From: Candidatus Aminicenantales bacterium
GTDB taxonomy: Bacteria; Acidobacteriota; Aminicenantia; Aminicenantales; Saccharicenantaceae
Assembly (NCBI GenBank): GCA_049512315.1
Contig: JBEKXF010000001.1
Location: 1-64,000 of the forward strand
DNA: 64,000 bases
Direction: 5' to 3'
Of this stretch, positions 18,099 to 26,925 are shown in pieces (within the stretch, counting starts at the first letter, position 1; every line of letters begins with the position of its first letter). Position numbers and translations under genes: made by a program. The notes under the pieces are model-generated. The model was given only the letters and a program-made list of their open reading frames with translations. It searched no databases and was not told the DNA's origin.

Positions 18099-19531
18099 GA
18101 TCGATCTCCTTGCGGGCCGGGTCCTTGGTCGAGCCGGGGGAGGCTGGCGGCGGCCACCGCCTGTCCTACGCGCCGGCTTTTCTCGTCGAGGAGATGGAGG
18201 CGGACCCGGGAGGCCGTGTCCGGGAACTCCGCCCTCAGGACCTCCGCCGCTTTCTCCATGATAAGGTTCCCGCCCGGACCCGACATGACCCGGCCGAGGA
18301 CGAGCAGGTTCCTGACGCCGTAGAAAATTTCATACCAGGGGATGGTGTAGCCGAGATAGATCCCGATGGCCTCGAAGATTCGGCCCGCCCGCTCGTCGCC
18401 TCTGCCGACAAGGCGCTGGATCTCCTTCAAGCGCTCCGGGAGCCTGACGGCGTCCGGGAACGCGAAGCCCGCGGCCAGGGCCAGCTTGTTGACGCCCTGC
18501 TGCGAAAAATAATTCGCCCCGACACCGCTATCCCCCGACCACTCGTCCACGGCGGCGCGCGGATTCCCGTCGAGCGGGGCGAAGGCCAGCTCGTCGAGCC
18601 AGCCCGCGATGTGGCCCTTCGCATCCAGGAAACCCGCCGCCTGGCTCGACCCCATGGCGACGCCGAGCACGGCCCGCTCTCCGAGGGACATCATTCCGGC
18701 CAGGGCCGTGACCTCGCCGTCGTTGATGACTTCGAAAGGAACGCCCCACTCCTGCCGCAGCCTCATGAAGAGCGGCTTGATCCGAGCCTCGAAGAGATGT
18801 TCGGGAACGGACCGGAAAAGCGACGCGACCCGGACCTGGTTCCGGATGTAGACGCCGGCCGAGCTCCCGCCGATGGCGTCCACCCGCGGGAGGTGGGAGG
18901 CGGCCTTTCGAAGCCCTGTCTGGATGTAACGGTAGTGATATTCCGGGTCGGCCTGTTCGCCCGGGTTCCAGGGGATCTCCTCGCTGAAAACGGGCTCGCC
19001 GTCCCGGACGGCGGCGACCTTGTAGTCGCTGGCGCCGAGGTCGAAGCCGAGCCGGCAGCCGTCGAGATGGCCGCCCAGGGACAACCGGGTTTCCCGGGCT
19101 TCGGGGGATTCCCCGGGCCCGATAAGGACGACCTCGAAGGGCCTCTCGTAAACGCGGCTCATGAACCGGGAGTCGAAGGCCCTGGGCCCGTTTTCCGAAT
19201 AGGCGGTCCGGATGAAATTGCCGATCTCCGCGGGGCCAGCGACGGAAAACTTCCAGCCGCCCCTCGACCAGAGAAAGAACTTGACCATCCGCTCGACGAC
19301 GAAGGCGGTGGCCTCGGCCAAAGCCCGGTCGGCGGAGACTTGGACCTCGAATGTCGAGATGAGGCCGTCTTCGCGTTCGAGCCCGATCCGGACCGGGACC
19401 GCGCCGGACTGAAGGGTAGCGGAGCTGTAGCTCCGATAGGCGAGGGCCATCGGCCGGAATCCGGGGTCGAAGGGGGGAAGGAGTTGAGGACGGACGTCCA
19501 GGATGGGAGGCAGGATCTTCGTCTCGGGCAT
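18095..19531 (-). CDS. ROK family sugar kinase with ~150-aa N-terminal extension
   Basis: GFDLGASD.K, IGGSSAG, VINDG.V.AL, LG.AMGSS.A.G, ELAF. The ATG at 19558 overlaps a TATAAT, so 19531 is preferred. Confidence 0.82.
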   Translation of the reverse strand: MPETKILPPILDVRPQLLPPFDPGFRPMALAYRSYSSATLQSGAVPVRIGLEREDGLISTFEVQVSADRALAEATAFVVERMVKFFLWSRGGWKFSVAGPAEIGNFIRTAYSENGPRAFDSRFMSRVYERPFEVVLIGPGESPEARETRLSLGGHLDGCRLGFDLGASDYKVAAVRDGEPVFSEEIPWNPGEQADPEYHYRYIQTGLRKAASHLPRVDAIGGSSAGVYIRNQVRVASLFRSVPEHLFEARIKPLFMRLRQEWGVPFEVINDGEVTALAGMMSLGERAVLGVAMGSSQAAGFLDAKGHIAGWLDELAFAPLDGNPRAAVDEWSGDSGVGANYFSQQGVNKLALAAGFAFPDAVRLPERLKEIQRLVGRGDERAGRIFEAIGIYLGYTIPWYEIFYGVRNLLVLGRVMSGPGGNLIMEKAAEVLRAEFPDTASRVRLHLLDEKSRRVGQAVAAASLPRLDQGPGPQGDRS

Positions 19532-19632
19532 CGGCAGGGCGTCCTTCAAACGCAACATTATAACATGCCGTTCGGTTTTTAGTTAACTCTTGACAGCGTG
19601 TGGCCTGGGCCTTACCTTAATCGTGAATATCC

Positions 19633-20568
19633 ATGAAGAGACCTGCCCGACGCCAGGCGCATCTGTTCCCCGTGGCCGGGATACTTTTCCTCGTCTCCGG
19701 TCTTCTTCTCTTTGCCGTCACCGGAAAGATCAAGGGCAAGGTCCTCGACGCGGACGGGAAGCCCCTCCAGGACGTGACGGTCACGCTGACGGACCAGACG
19801 AGGGGCCGGAGCTATGCCATGAAGACGGACAAGACGGGAAGTTATTTTTTGATGAGGATCGACCCCGCTGACTACCGCCTGAAATTCGAAAAGGAAGGAT
19901 ATCAGATCCTCGAGGGGACCGTGGCCATCACCTCCGGGAAGGAGAACGTCTTCGACGCGACGTTGATGCCCGAGGTCAGGAAGCCGGCCATGCCGGCTTG
20001 GGAGGACAAGAACCTCCGAGCCCACGACCTCTATGCCCAGAAAAAGTTCGCGGAGGCGCTGGCCCTGTATCGCGAGATCCTGGCCGTCGACCCGAACATC
20101 GCCTTCATCCACTTCGATGCCGGGAACTGTTACTATCATCTCCAGGATTTTGAGGCTGCCCTCGGTTCGTTCCGCGAGGCCGTTCGGCTCAAGCCCGATT
20201 TCTTCGAGGCCTACACGAACCTGGCCAACGCCTCCGGGAGGTTGAACAGGTTCGATGAGGCCATCCCTATCATGGAGAACGCCATCCGGTCCTACCCCTC
20301 AAACGGGCCGCTTTATTCTTCTCTCGGGTTCCTCTACCTCAACTCCGGCCGGGGCGCCAAGGCCGTCCAATGCCTGGAAAAGGCCGTGGCCGCGGACCCC
20401 AAGAACCCGTCCAGCTACAATTCGCTCGGTATCGCCTACTCCCAGACGGGAGACTACGCCCGGGCGGTCGAGAGTTATGAGAGATACCTTGGCCTCGTCT
20501 CCGATCTCCAGGAGGTCGAGCGTGTCCGGGGCGTCATCGAACAGCTGAAGTCTTTGATCAAGAAATAG
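19633..20568 (+). CDS. Exported protein: carboxypeptidase-regulatory-like (Cna-B) domain plus TPR repeats
   Basis: GKIKGKVLDADGKPL..KTDKTGSY..Y.L..EKEGY, followed by several TPRs. Confidence 0.88.
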   Translation: MKRPARRQAHLFPVAGILFLVSGLLLFAVTGKIKGKVLDADGKPLQDVTVTLTDQTRGRSYAMKTDKTGSYFLMRIDPADYRLKFEKEGYQILEGTVAITSGKENVFDATLMPEVRKPAMPAWEDKNLRAHDLYAQKKFAEALALYREILAVDPNIAFIHFDAGNCYYHLQDFEAALGSFREAVRLKPDFFEAYTNLANASGRLNRFDEAIPIMENAIRSYPSNGPLYSSLGFLYLNSGRGAKAVQCLEKAVAADPKNPSSYNSLGIAYSQTGDYARAVESYERYLGLVSDLQEVERVRGVIEQLKSLIKK

Positions 20569-20654
20569 GGAAACCGCTGCCTCCTCCGGGCATCACCCCT
20601 GCGCCGTTGATTTTCATCACGGTCACGGAAATGCTGACGATCCCATCCGTTTCA

Positions 20655-20684
20655 TTGACTCGACCCGGGCGAATCCGCTATGAT
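20655..20684 (+). promoter_or_regulatory. Putative sigma70 promoter
   Basis: TTGACT-N18-TATGAT upstream of AAGGAGG RBS and ATG 20710. Confidence 0.55.
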
Positions 20685-20709
20685 GACCCGGATTCCAAGG
20701 AGGGATGAG

Positions 20710-22620
20710 ATGTCCGGAAGTGAGCGCGCGAGAAACCGGCTGATCTCCGGCTTTTGCCTGCTTTCGCTTCTGACCCTTCTTCCGGGCCGGGCCTCAGACC
20801 AAGCCCCTCTCCGCGCCGGCCAGGAAGCCCTCGGCACCTGGTGGATGAGGCAGACTATGCTCACGCCCGACGGCCAGTTCGCCAGCCTGAAGACCAGGCG
20901 CTGGTGGAAAAGAGCGCTGGCCCTCAAGCCCGGCGAGAGCATGATCCTGGACGTCGGGGGAGAGGCCAAGGACAGGATGCTGGTCAAGCGGGAAACAGTG
21001 ACCCTCCACGGCCAGCCGGTCGACACGATCATCTGGGTCATCGACGACGACGGCGACGGCAGCGCCCTCTCCGGAGGCGACCGCGACTCGGATTGTTACG
21101 TGATCGATTATGGCGCCGACGGGACCGTCGACCGGATGGTCGATTACATCGACAACAACGGCGACGGGCTGGCCGATGAGATGGACGTCCGGTTTTTCGT
21201 GGACGGAGTCCTGAGCTATTCCTGGTTCGGCGTGGACGTCGACCGCGACGGCGTCCTCTGGAACATCCCGGCGTTCGACGAGGGCCTGGAGGGCTGCCGG
21301 ACATGCGACCCGAACGGCGACAACCTTTTCTATGTCAACAAGTTCGATCCGGAGAGGGGGACATGGACGCCGCTCGGGGAATGCCCGCTGGCCTATTACG
21401 ACACTGACGGGGACGGTTCGAGCGAAGTGGCCGTCCGCATCAGCGCCGTCCCGGCATCCTGGGACCCCGCCAAAGACCCTGATTTCGCCTCGGGCGGCTA
21501 CGCCCGGTCGTGGGACAGAGCCTTCGCCGACGCCATCATCACCAATATCCGGTCGACCTACGATGTCGATGGGGAAAGCGGCAAAGAGGCCCCTTTCCAC
21601 TATGAAATGAGCTTCAATCTCGTCGGCCGGATGCCCTACAAGTTCCCGGACATGGCCCGGACGAACCCCCAAAGGCGGCCTCCGCAGGAAACCGTGGTCA
21701 TTCCCTGGAAAGACGCCCGGGAGCTGGCCGAGACGTACCCGGCCCGGGAAACGGGATTTTCCTGGATCGAAAACGGCGACGAGGCCACGGCGCCGGCGTC
21801 CTCCGAAAACACCATGAACGATCCCAGCCGGAAGGGCCTGGCCTGGGCCTGGGAGCGGCGGCTTATGGAGAATTCCGGGGGCCCTTCGCGGAAATGGAAC
21901 GTCCGGAGGGAATGGTCGTCAAAGCCCTCGGCCAAACGGGAGCTCTACTACAGCGATGTCGATAAGCGCATTCACCTTTTCGGGGCTGCTGAGGGTTGGG
22001 TCCAGGTCGGCAATTTCGCCGGGCTCGGCGCCGTCGGCGAGATCCGGATGTTCGATACGGACGGGAACGGGTACTTCGACCGGTGGGAGTTCTATCTCTC
22101 GAACAGCGCGCGCCCCGTCCGGGTGACCCAGGTCGCGGACGAGAAGGCCCGGCCCATCGATTCAGCCCCGGGCGCCCTGGCCGATCTCTACAGCCACGAA
22201 ATCCTCCCCCGGGCGGAAGCCGAGAACGGGAAGATCCTCGCGGCCATGAACGCCGTCCATCCCTTCGAGGCCCCCGCGGAGCTGAGGGCCGCCCTGACCC
22301 AGGGGTCCAAAGGATACCGCCGGTACGCCCAGGATGTCCTCCGTGAGTTGACCTATGTCGGGTTTCGCGATTATTACTCCACGCTCGCCAACCAGACGCT
22401 CCTCAAAGATAGCCGGGAAGCACGGGAAGGAGAGTTTTGGGGGGACCTTGGCATCCGCGCGAAAATCCGAAAGGCCGAGGCCGAAACAGGGCTGGATTCC
22501 TCCGCTGCCTGGAAGCTGACCCGGTTCCTCGAGGAGCTGGACATCGCCTACGGCCGGGCCGAATACGACCGCGCCTGCGGCCTCATCTTCGAGATCGGCC
22601 GGCTCGGGGCCGGCCGATAG
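20710..22620 (+). CDS. Exported hypothetical protein with multiple DxDxDG (Ca-binding-like) loops
   Basis: Signal peptide; DDDGDG, DNNGDG, DVDRDG, DTDGDG, DTDGNG motifs. Confidence 0.75.
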   Translation: MSGSERARNRLISGFCLLSLLTLLPGRASDQAPLRAGQEALGTWWMRQTMLTPDGQFASLKTRRWWKRALALKPGESMILDVGGEAKDRMLVKRETVTLHGQPVDTIIWVIDDDGDGSALSGGDRDSDCYVIDYGADGTVDRMVDYIDNNGDGLADEMDVRFFVDGVLSYSWFGVDVDRDGVLWNIPAFDEGLEGCRTCDPNGDNLFYVNKFDPERGTWTPLGECPLAYYDTDGDGSSEVAVRISAVPASWDPAKDPDFASGGYARSWDRAFADAIITNIRSTYDVDGESGKEAPFHYEMSFNLVGRMPYKFPDMARTNPQRRPPQETVVIPWKDARELAETYPARETGFSWIENGDEATAPASSENTMNDPSRKGLAWAWERRLMENSGGPSRKWNVRREWSSKPSAKRELYYSDVDKRIHLFGAAEGWVQVGNFAGLGAVGEIRMFDTDGNGYFDRWEFYLSNSARPVRVTQVADEKARPIDSAPGALADLYSHEILPRAEAENGKILAAMNAVHPFEAPAELRAALTQGSKGYRRYAQDVLRELTYVGFRDYYSTLANQTLLKDSREAREGEFWGDLGIRAKIRKAEAETGLDSSAAWKLTRFLEELDIAYGRAEYDRACGLIFEIGRLGAGR

Positions 22621-22638
22621 TCGCATCCGGCCGTCCTG

Positions 22639-23847
22639 TCAATCGGATTTATATCTGACCTCGACCGGGGCGCGGAGCATTGAACCGAGCTCTCCGGCCG
22701 CGGCGGCCCAGCTTTTGATCGCCGGCGGGACCGCCGTCACGATCCCTCGGCCCCAGCCGCCAACCGTCCAGAACGTCTGCTTCCTGCCCGGCCTGGCGTT
22801 GAGCTTGATGGACCGGTCAGGGCCCGTTTCGTCCAGGCCGGCAAATTCGGACGGGGCGAAGAGGACGGCGAGCCCGATCTCTCCGGCGCTCCCCGTCCCC
22901 CGTCCCCAGGCGGCCAGGAAGCCCTTGTCCTTGTCGAACGTCACCTCTTCTTTCTCGAGCTTTTGGATCCCGGCGCTGAAGACGGAGGGACGCCCGATCT
23001 TCTGGTTGATGATGACATCCTCGCGGGAAAAGACGTTGTCGGCGAAGGCCGAGAGGAAGACGACCGCGCCGTATTCGCTCCCGCCCGCACGGATGCCCGA
23101 ATATTCCGCCTTGACCAGGGCCCGGAGAGGCCCGGCCGCAAGGACCGTCCTTTGGATCTGGACCCCGGTCGTTCCCGAGGGACCCGTCAGGGCGACCTTC
23201 GTTTTCCCTTCCCAAAGGCTGAGCCCGCCGAGTCCCGAGGACCCGCCGCCCGCGAGGAGGTTCATCCCCCATTCCTGGAGGATCGCGTCATCGCCCCGGA
23301 GTTTCGCGAGGACAAGTCCCCCGTAAAGCTTCCCGTAGACCTCGATCCGCCCCTGGACGAACTTGAACGCGGCCAGGTTGGATTCCCAGCTGAGCGAGGC
23401 GCCCGCCGGGTCCCCTCCGAGTCGGGCGAAGGCCCGGGGGGTGGACATCATCAGTTGGAAGCTCCCCTTGGGGGAGTAATAACACTTGAGCTTTATCGTG
23501 GAGGAAGGAGGCAGGGTCCGGACGAAAACGATCTCGTCGTGGATCCGGTCCTTGTTCAGGTCGTCGGCCTGGGAGAGGACGAGCCGGTATTCCCCCCCGG
23601 TCTCTTCGAAGATGGCATAGTTGTAGGTGTTGAAATCCGGGGCGAAGGCCCGGATCTCCTCCACGTTGAGGATGATGGGGTGGTTCTCGAGGGCGAGCGG
23701 GTTCGGGTTCCTGATCTCGATCACGAACTGCTTCTTGAAGCCGAGGCTCTTCGGGTCCTGGGGCTGGCCCCAGGCCGGGGGGAACAAAAAGAAGGCCAGA
23801 ACGGCTGAGGATATCCATCTCGATGGTGATGCGGTTCCATGAGACAT
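22639..23847 (-). CDS. DUF4861 family exported protein
   Basis: SQADDLNKD..DEIVF, SWESNLAAF, IEVYGK, GMNLL..G.S.GLGG, AGPLRA. Confidence 0.7.
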   Translation of the reverse strand: MSHGTASPSRWISSAVLAFFLFPPAWGQPQDPKSLGFKKQFVIEIRNPNPLALENHPIILNVEEIRAFAPDFNTYNYAIFEETGGEYRLVLSQADDLNKDRIHDEIVFVRTLPPSSTIKLKCYYSPKGSFQLMMSTPRAFARLGGDPAGASLSWESNLAAFKFVQGRIEVYGKLYGGLVLAKLRGDDAILQEWGMNLLAGGGSSGLGGLSLWEGKTKVALTGPSGTTGVQIQRTVLAAGPLRALVKAEYSGIRAGGSEYGAVVFLSAFADNVFSREDVIINQKIGRPSVFSAGIQKLEKEEVTFDKDKGFLAAWGRGTGSAGEIGLAVLFAPSEFAGLDETGPDRSIKLNARPGRKQTFWTVGGWGRGIVTAVPPAIKSWAAAAGELGSMLRAPVEVRYKSD

Positions 23848-23936
23848 GCCGGGAGTCTCCTTTCGGTCCGGGTTTCCTCCGTTATATTATCCCAAACGTG
23901 TCCGGAAGGAAAACGGGCTCGACGGGCCGGCGGGGA

Positions 23937-24809
23937 TCAGGTGATGAGGCGGGTCTTGAAACCGCGGCCCAGGACGTCGTAGGTGTCGTTGATGATGATG
24001 AAGGCCTCGGGGTCGATCGTCCGGACGAATTCCCGCAGGTCCGTCAGCTGCTTTCTGTGGACGACGGTCAGGATGATCTCGCCCTGGCGGTTCAGGTAGA
24101 GCGACCGAGAGCGGAGAGCCGTCCCGCTCCGGTCGAGCGTGTAGAGGATGAAGTCCGCGATCTCGTCGGTCCGGGTCGAGGTGATGATGACCAGCTTGGA
24201 GACGCTCCAGCCTTCGAGGACCATGTCGATGACCCTGGTCGAAAGGAAGAGGACGATGAAGCCGTAGAGCGGGGCTTCGAGGTTGCGGAAGGCCAGGCCG
24301 GAGGCCGAGATGATGAGGAAGTCCGTGACCATGATGCTGAAGCCGAGGGACATCCCCGTGTACTTGCTCAGGATCATGCCGACGATGTCGGAGCCGCCGG
24401 TCGAGGCGCGGCCCCGGAAGACGAGCCCCAGGCCGATGCCGAGCATGATGCCGCCGTAGATCGAGGCCAGGACCTCGTTCTGGGTCGCCGACCGGACCTT
24501 GAGGACCTCGTGGAAAAAGTCGATCATGAGCGAGGAGAGGACCATTCCGAAGAGGCTGCCCGCGACGTATTTCTTGCCCATCGTCCGGAGGCCGAGGAGG
24601 AAGATGGGGACGTTGAGGACGATGATGAGGACGCCGACGGGCAAGCGGGCGAAATAGTTGACGATGATCGAGATCCCGGAGACGCCGCCGGGGACGAAAT
24701 GATGGGGGATGAGGAACAGCGAGTAGGCGAGGCCCATGAGGGCGCAGCCGGCGACGATCAGCAGTCCGTCGATGAGCTGGGACTTGAGAGGACGCGTCTC
24801 TTTGGCCAT
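23937..24809 (-). CDS. YitT family membrane protein (DUF161/DUF2179)
   Basis: PGGVSG, GLGLVFR..ASTGGSDI, IDPEAFIII....V.GRGF. Confidence 0.92.
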   Translation of the reverse strand: MAKETRPLKSQLIDGLLIVAGCALMGLAYSLFLIPHHFVPGGVSGISIIVNYFARLPVGVLIIVLNVPIFLLGLRTMGKKYVAGSLFGMVLSSLMIDFFHEVLKVRSATQNEVLASIYGGIMLGIGLGLVFRGRASTGGSDIVGMILSKYTGMSLGFSIMVTDFLIISASGLAFRNLEAPLYGFIVLFLSTRVIDMVLEGWSVSKLVIITSTRTDEIADFILYTLDRSGTALRSRSLYLNRQGEIILTVVHRKQLTDLREFVRTIDPEAFIIINDTYDVLGRGFKTRLIT

Positions 24810-25051
24810 GGGCTTCGCTCCGTTCTCGAGGTTCGTCCTATTTTACTCCTCCGGCCCGAATAATCAATGCTCACTTGGGAAAGGACCGATAGGGCCTGCC
24901 ACGGTGCGTCCCCGTCCGGCCTCGGGCGGGCAGGGACTGGAACCGTGGCACCCATCTTCTTTTTTTTATGAGATCATTGAAGACGAATAGCGTCCCTCCC
25001 GAATTGATAAGGATCCTTGATTTATGGTATTTAACACTTGAAGGAGGAGGG

Positions 25052-26080
25052 ATGGCCGTCATCGCAACGTTCGGGGAGATCATGCTCAGGCTTTCCCCAC
25101 CGGGCCGGGAGGTCCTGTTCCAGTCGCCGCGGCTCGAGGCCGTCTTCGGCGGGGGAGAGGCCAACGTAGCGGTCTCCCTGGTCCTTCTCGGCCACCATGT
25201 CCGCTATGTTTCCGCCGTCCCGAAGAACGATATCGGCGACGCCGCGGTCCGCGCGCTCAGAAGATGGGACGTCGACACGAGATTCGTCCTGCGGCAGGGC
25301 CGGCGCCTGGGGGTCTATTTCGCCGAGGCCGGGGCGAACCAGAGGGCCTCGAAGGTCATTTATGACAGGGAGGGTTCCGGGCTCGCTGAAGCGATAGCCG
25401 GTGACTTCGGCTGGCCGAAGATCCTCGAGGGCGTCCGCTGGTTCCACGTCACAGGAATCACTCCCGCCCTGAGCGCAACGGCGGCCGAACTCACCCTGGA
25501 GTCGGTCAAAGCCGCCCGGGCGAGAAAGGTCAAGGTCTCCGTCGACCTGAATTATCGGTCGAAGCTTTGGAAATTTGGGAAGACCGCCCCCGAAGTCATG
25601 CGCGAGGTTGTGAAATACGCCGACCTTCTCCTCGGGAACGAGGAAGATTGTCCGAGAGCCCTCGGGATCGGGACCGCGGCGGGCGTCGCGGCCGGAGACA
25701 TCGCCCGGGGGGATTACGAACGGCTGACCGGGCAGGTCATGAACGATTTCCCCAATCTGGCCCGGGTCGCCATCACCCTCAGAGAGAGCCACGGCGCGGA
25801 CCATAACGGCTGGTCGGCCGTGCTGAGGAACCGGACCGACTTCATCTCCGGGCCGTCATACGACATCCGAAACATTGTGGACAGGATCGGCTCGGGCGAC
25901 GCCTTGGCGGCCGGCCTCATCCACGGGCTTATGGCCCTGCCGACGGACGAAGAGGCGCTGGCCTTCGCCGTCGCGGCCTCGTGCCTGAAGCATTCGATCC
26001 CGGGCGATTTCAACCTCGCGACGGAAACGGATATCCGGGCCCTCATGGCCGGGGATGCGTCCGGCCGGGTGAGGCGGTAG
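25052..26080 (+). CDS. kdgK: PfkB sugar kinase, 2-keto-3-deoxygluconate kinase
   Basis: TFGEIMLRLS, GGGEANVA, DLNYRSKLW, VDRIGSGD, KHSIPGD; adjacent to eda; GGAGG RBS. Confidence 0.85.
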   Translation: MAVIATFGEIMLRLSPPGREVLFQSPRLEAVFGGGEANVAVSLVLLGHHVRYVSAVPKNDIGDAAVRALRRWDVDTRFVLRQGRRLGVYFAEAGANQRASKVIYDREGSGLAEAIAGDFGWPKILEGVRWFHVTGITPALSATAAELTLESVKAARARKVKVSVDLNYRSKLWKFGKTAPEVMREVVKYADLLLGNEEDCPRALGIGTAAGVAAGDIARGDYERLTGQVMNDFPNLARVAITLRESHGADHNGWSAVLRNRTDFISGPSYDIRNIVDRIGSGDALAAGLIHGLMALPTDEEALAFAVAASCLKHSIPGDFNLATETDIRALMAGDASGRVRR

Positions 26081-26088
26081 GGCGGCGC

Positions 26089-26726
26089 ATGAAAAGGGAA
26101 CAGGCGCTGGAAGCCATCCTGGCCACGAAGGTCATCGCCGTCATCCGCATGTCCGACCCGATGCGGGTTTTTGAGGTTACGGAGGCCCTGAAGAAGGGAG
26201 GGGTGAAAGCCCTGGAGATCACTATGACGGTCCCCGGGGCCCTGGACATCATCCGGAGGCTGGCCGAGACAAAGCCCGAAGGCGTCTTCGTGGGAGCGGG
26301 GACGGTCTTCGACGCCGAGACAGCCGCGGCGGCGATAGGGTCGGGGGCGGATTTCGTCGTCTCGCCGATCGCAGACGCGGGCCTGATCGCGGCCTGCCGG
26401 GCCCACCACACTTTCGTCGCGCCCGGGGCCTTCACGCCCGCGGAGATCGTTGCGGCCTGGGACAGGGGGCCGATGTCGTCAAGGTCTTCCCCGCCACCTC
26501 GGTCGGCCCTCAGTATTTCAGGGACCTCAAGGGACCGTTTCCCCAGATCAGGCTCATGCCGACCGGAGGCGTCACCCTGGAGAACGCCCGGAGCTTCATC
26601 GAAGCCGGAGCGTGCGCCGTCGGGATCGGGACGGCCCTCATCGACACAAAGGCCATCGAGGCGGGGGACTGGGATTCCCTGACCGAGAAGGCCCGGCGCC
26701 TCGTCGACTCGCTCGGCGGCCTCTGA
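26089..26726 (+). pseudogene. eda: KDPG/KHG aldolase, frameshifted (one G missing in G5 at 26465-26469)
   Basis: First part VIAVIR..LEITM..GAGTV..FVVSP..PGAFTPAE; continues in another frame as ADVVKVFPA..GP.YF..LKGPFP..MPTGGV..L* to TGA 26724-26726. Confidence 0.9.
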
Positions 26727-26730
26727 CGAT

Positions 26731-26865
26731 TTGATTTCTTCGGCCGTCCTGCTATAATATGATCAAGCTTTGTTTAGCTGGCTGTGCAAAGCAATAAAGG
26801 ATACCCTCCTTCAATATCCCCTTTAGCTTAATTTTCCCAACCCCCGACAGCCAGCCCTTCTTTGT
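26731..26865 (+). ncRNA. Candidate small RNA or structured leader with its own promoter
   Basis: TTGATT-N16-TATAAT with extended TG (26731-26758); GCTGGCTGT (26777-85) pairs with ACAGCCAGC (26847-55); inner stem loops out CCCTCCTT; CTTCTTT tail. Confidence 0.35.
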
Positions 26866-26874
26866 CCACTTCAT

Positions 26875-26903
26875 TTGACAATCCCACCTCGGTCCTTTAT
26901 AAC
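26875..26903 (+). promoter_or_regulatory. Sigma70 promoter for the MFS-nitroreductase pair
   Basis: TTGACA-N17-TATAAC. Confidence 0.65.
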
Positions 26904-26925
26904 GGGTCCTTCCGACGGCTTGAAT

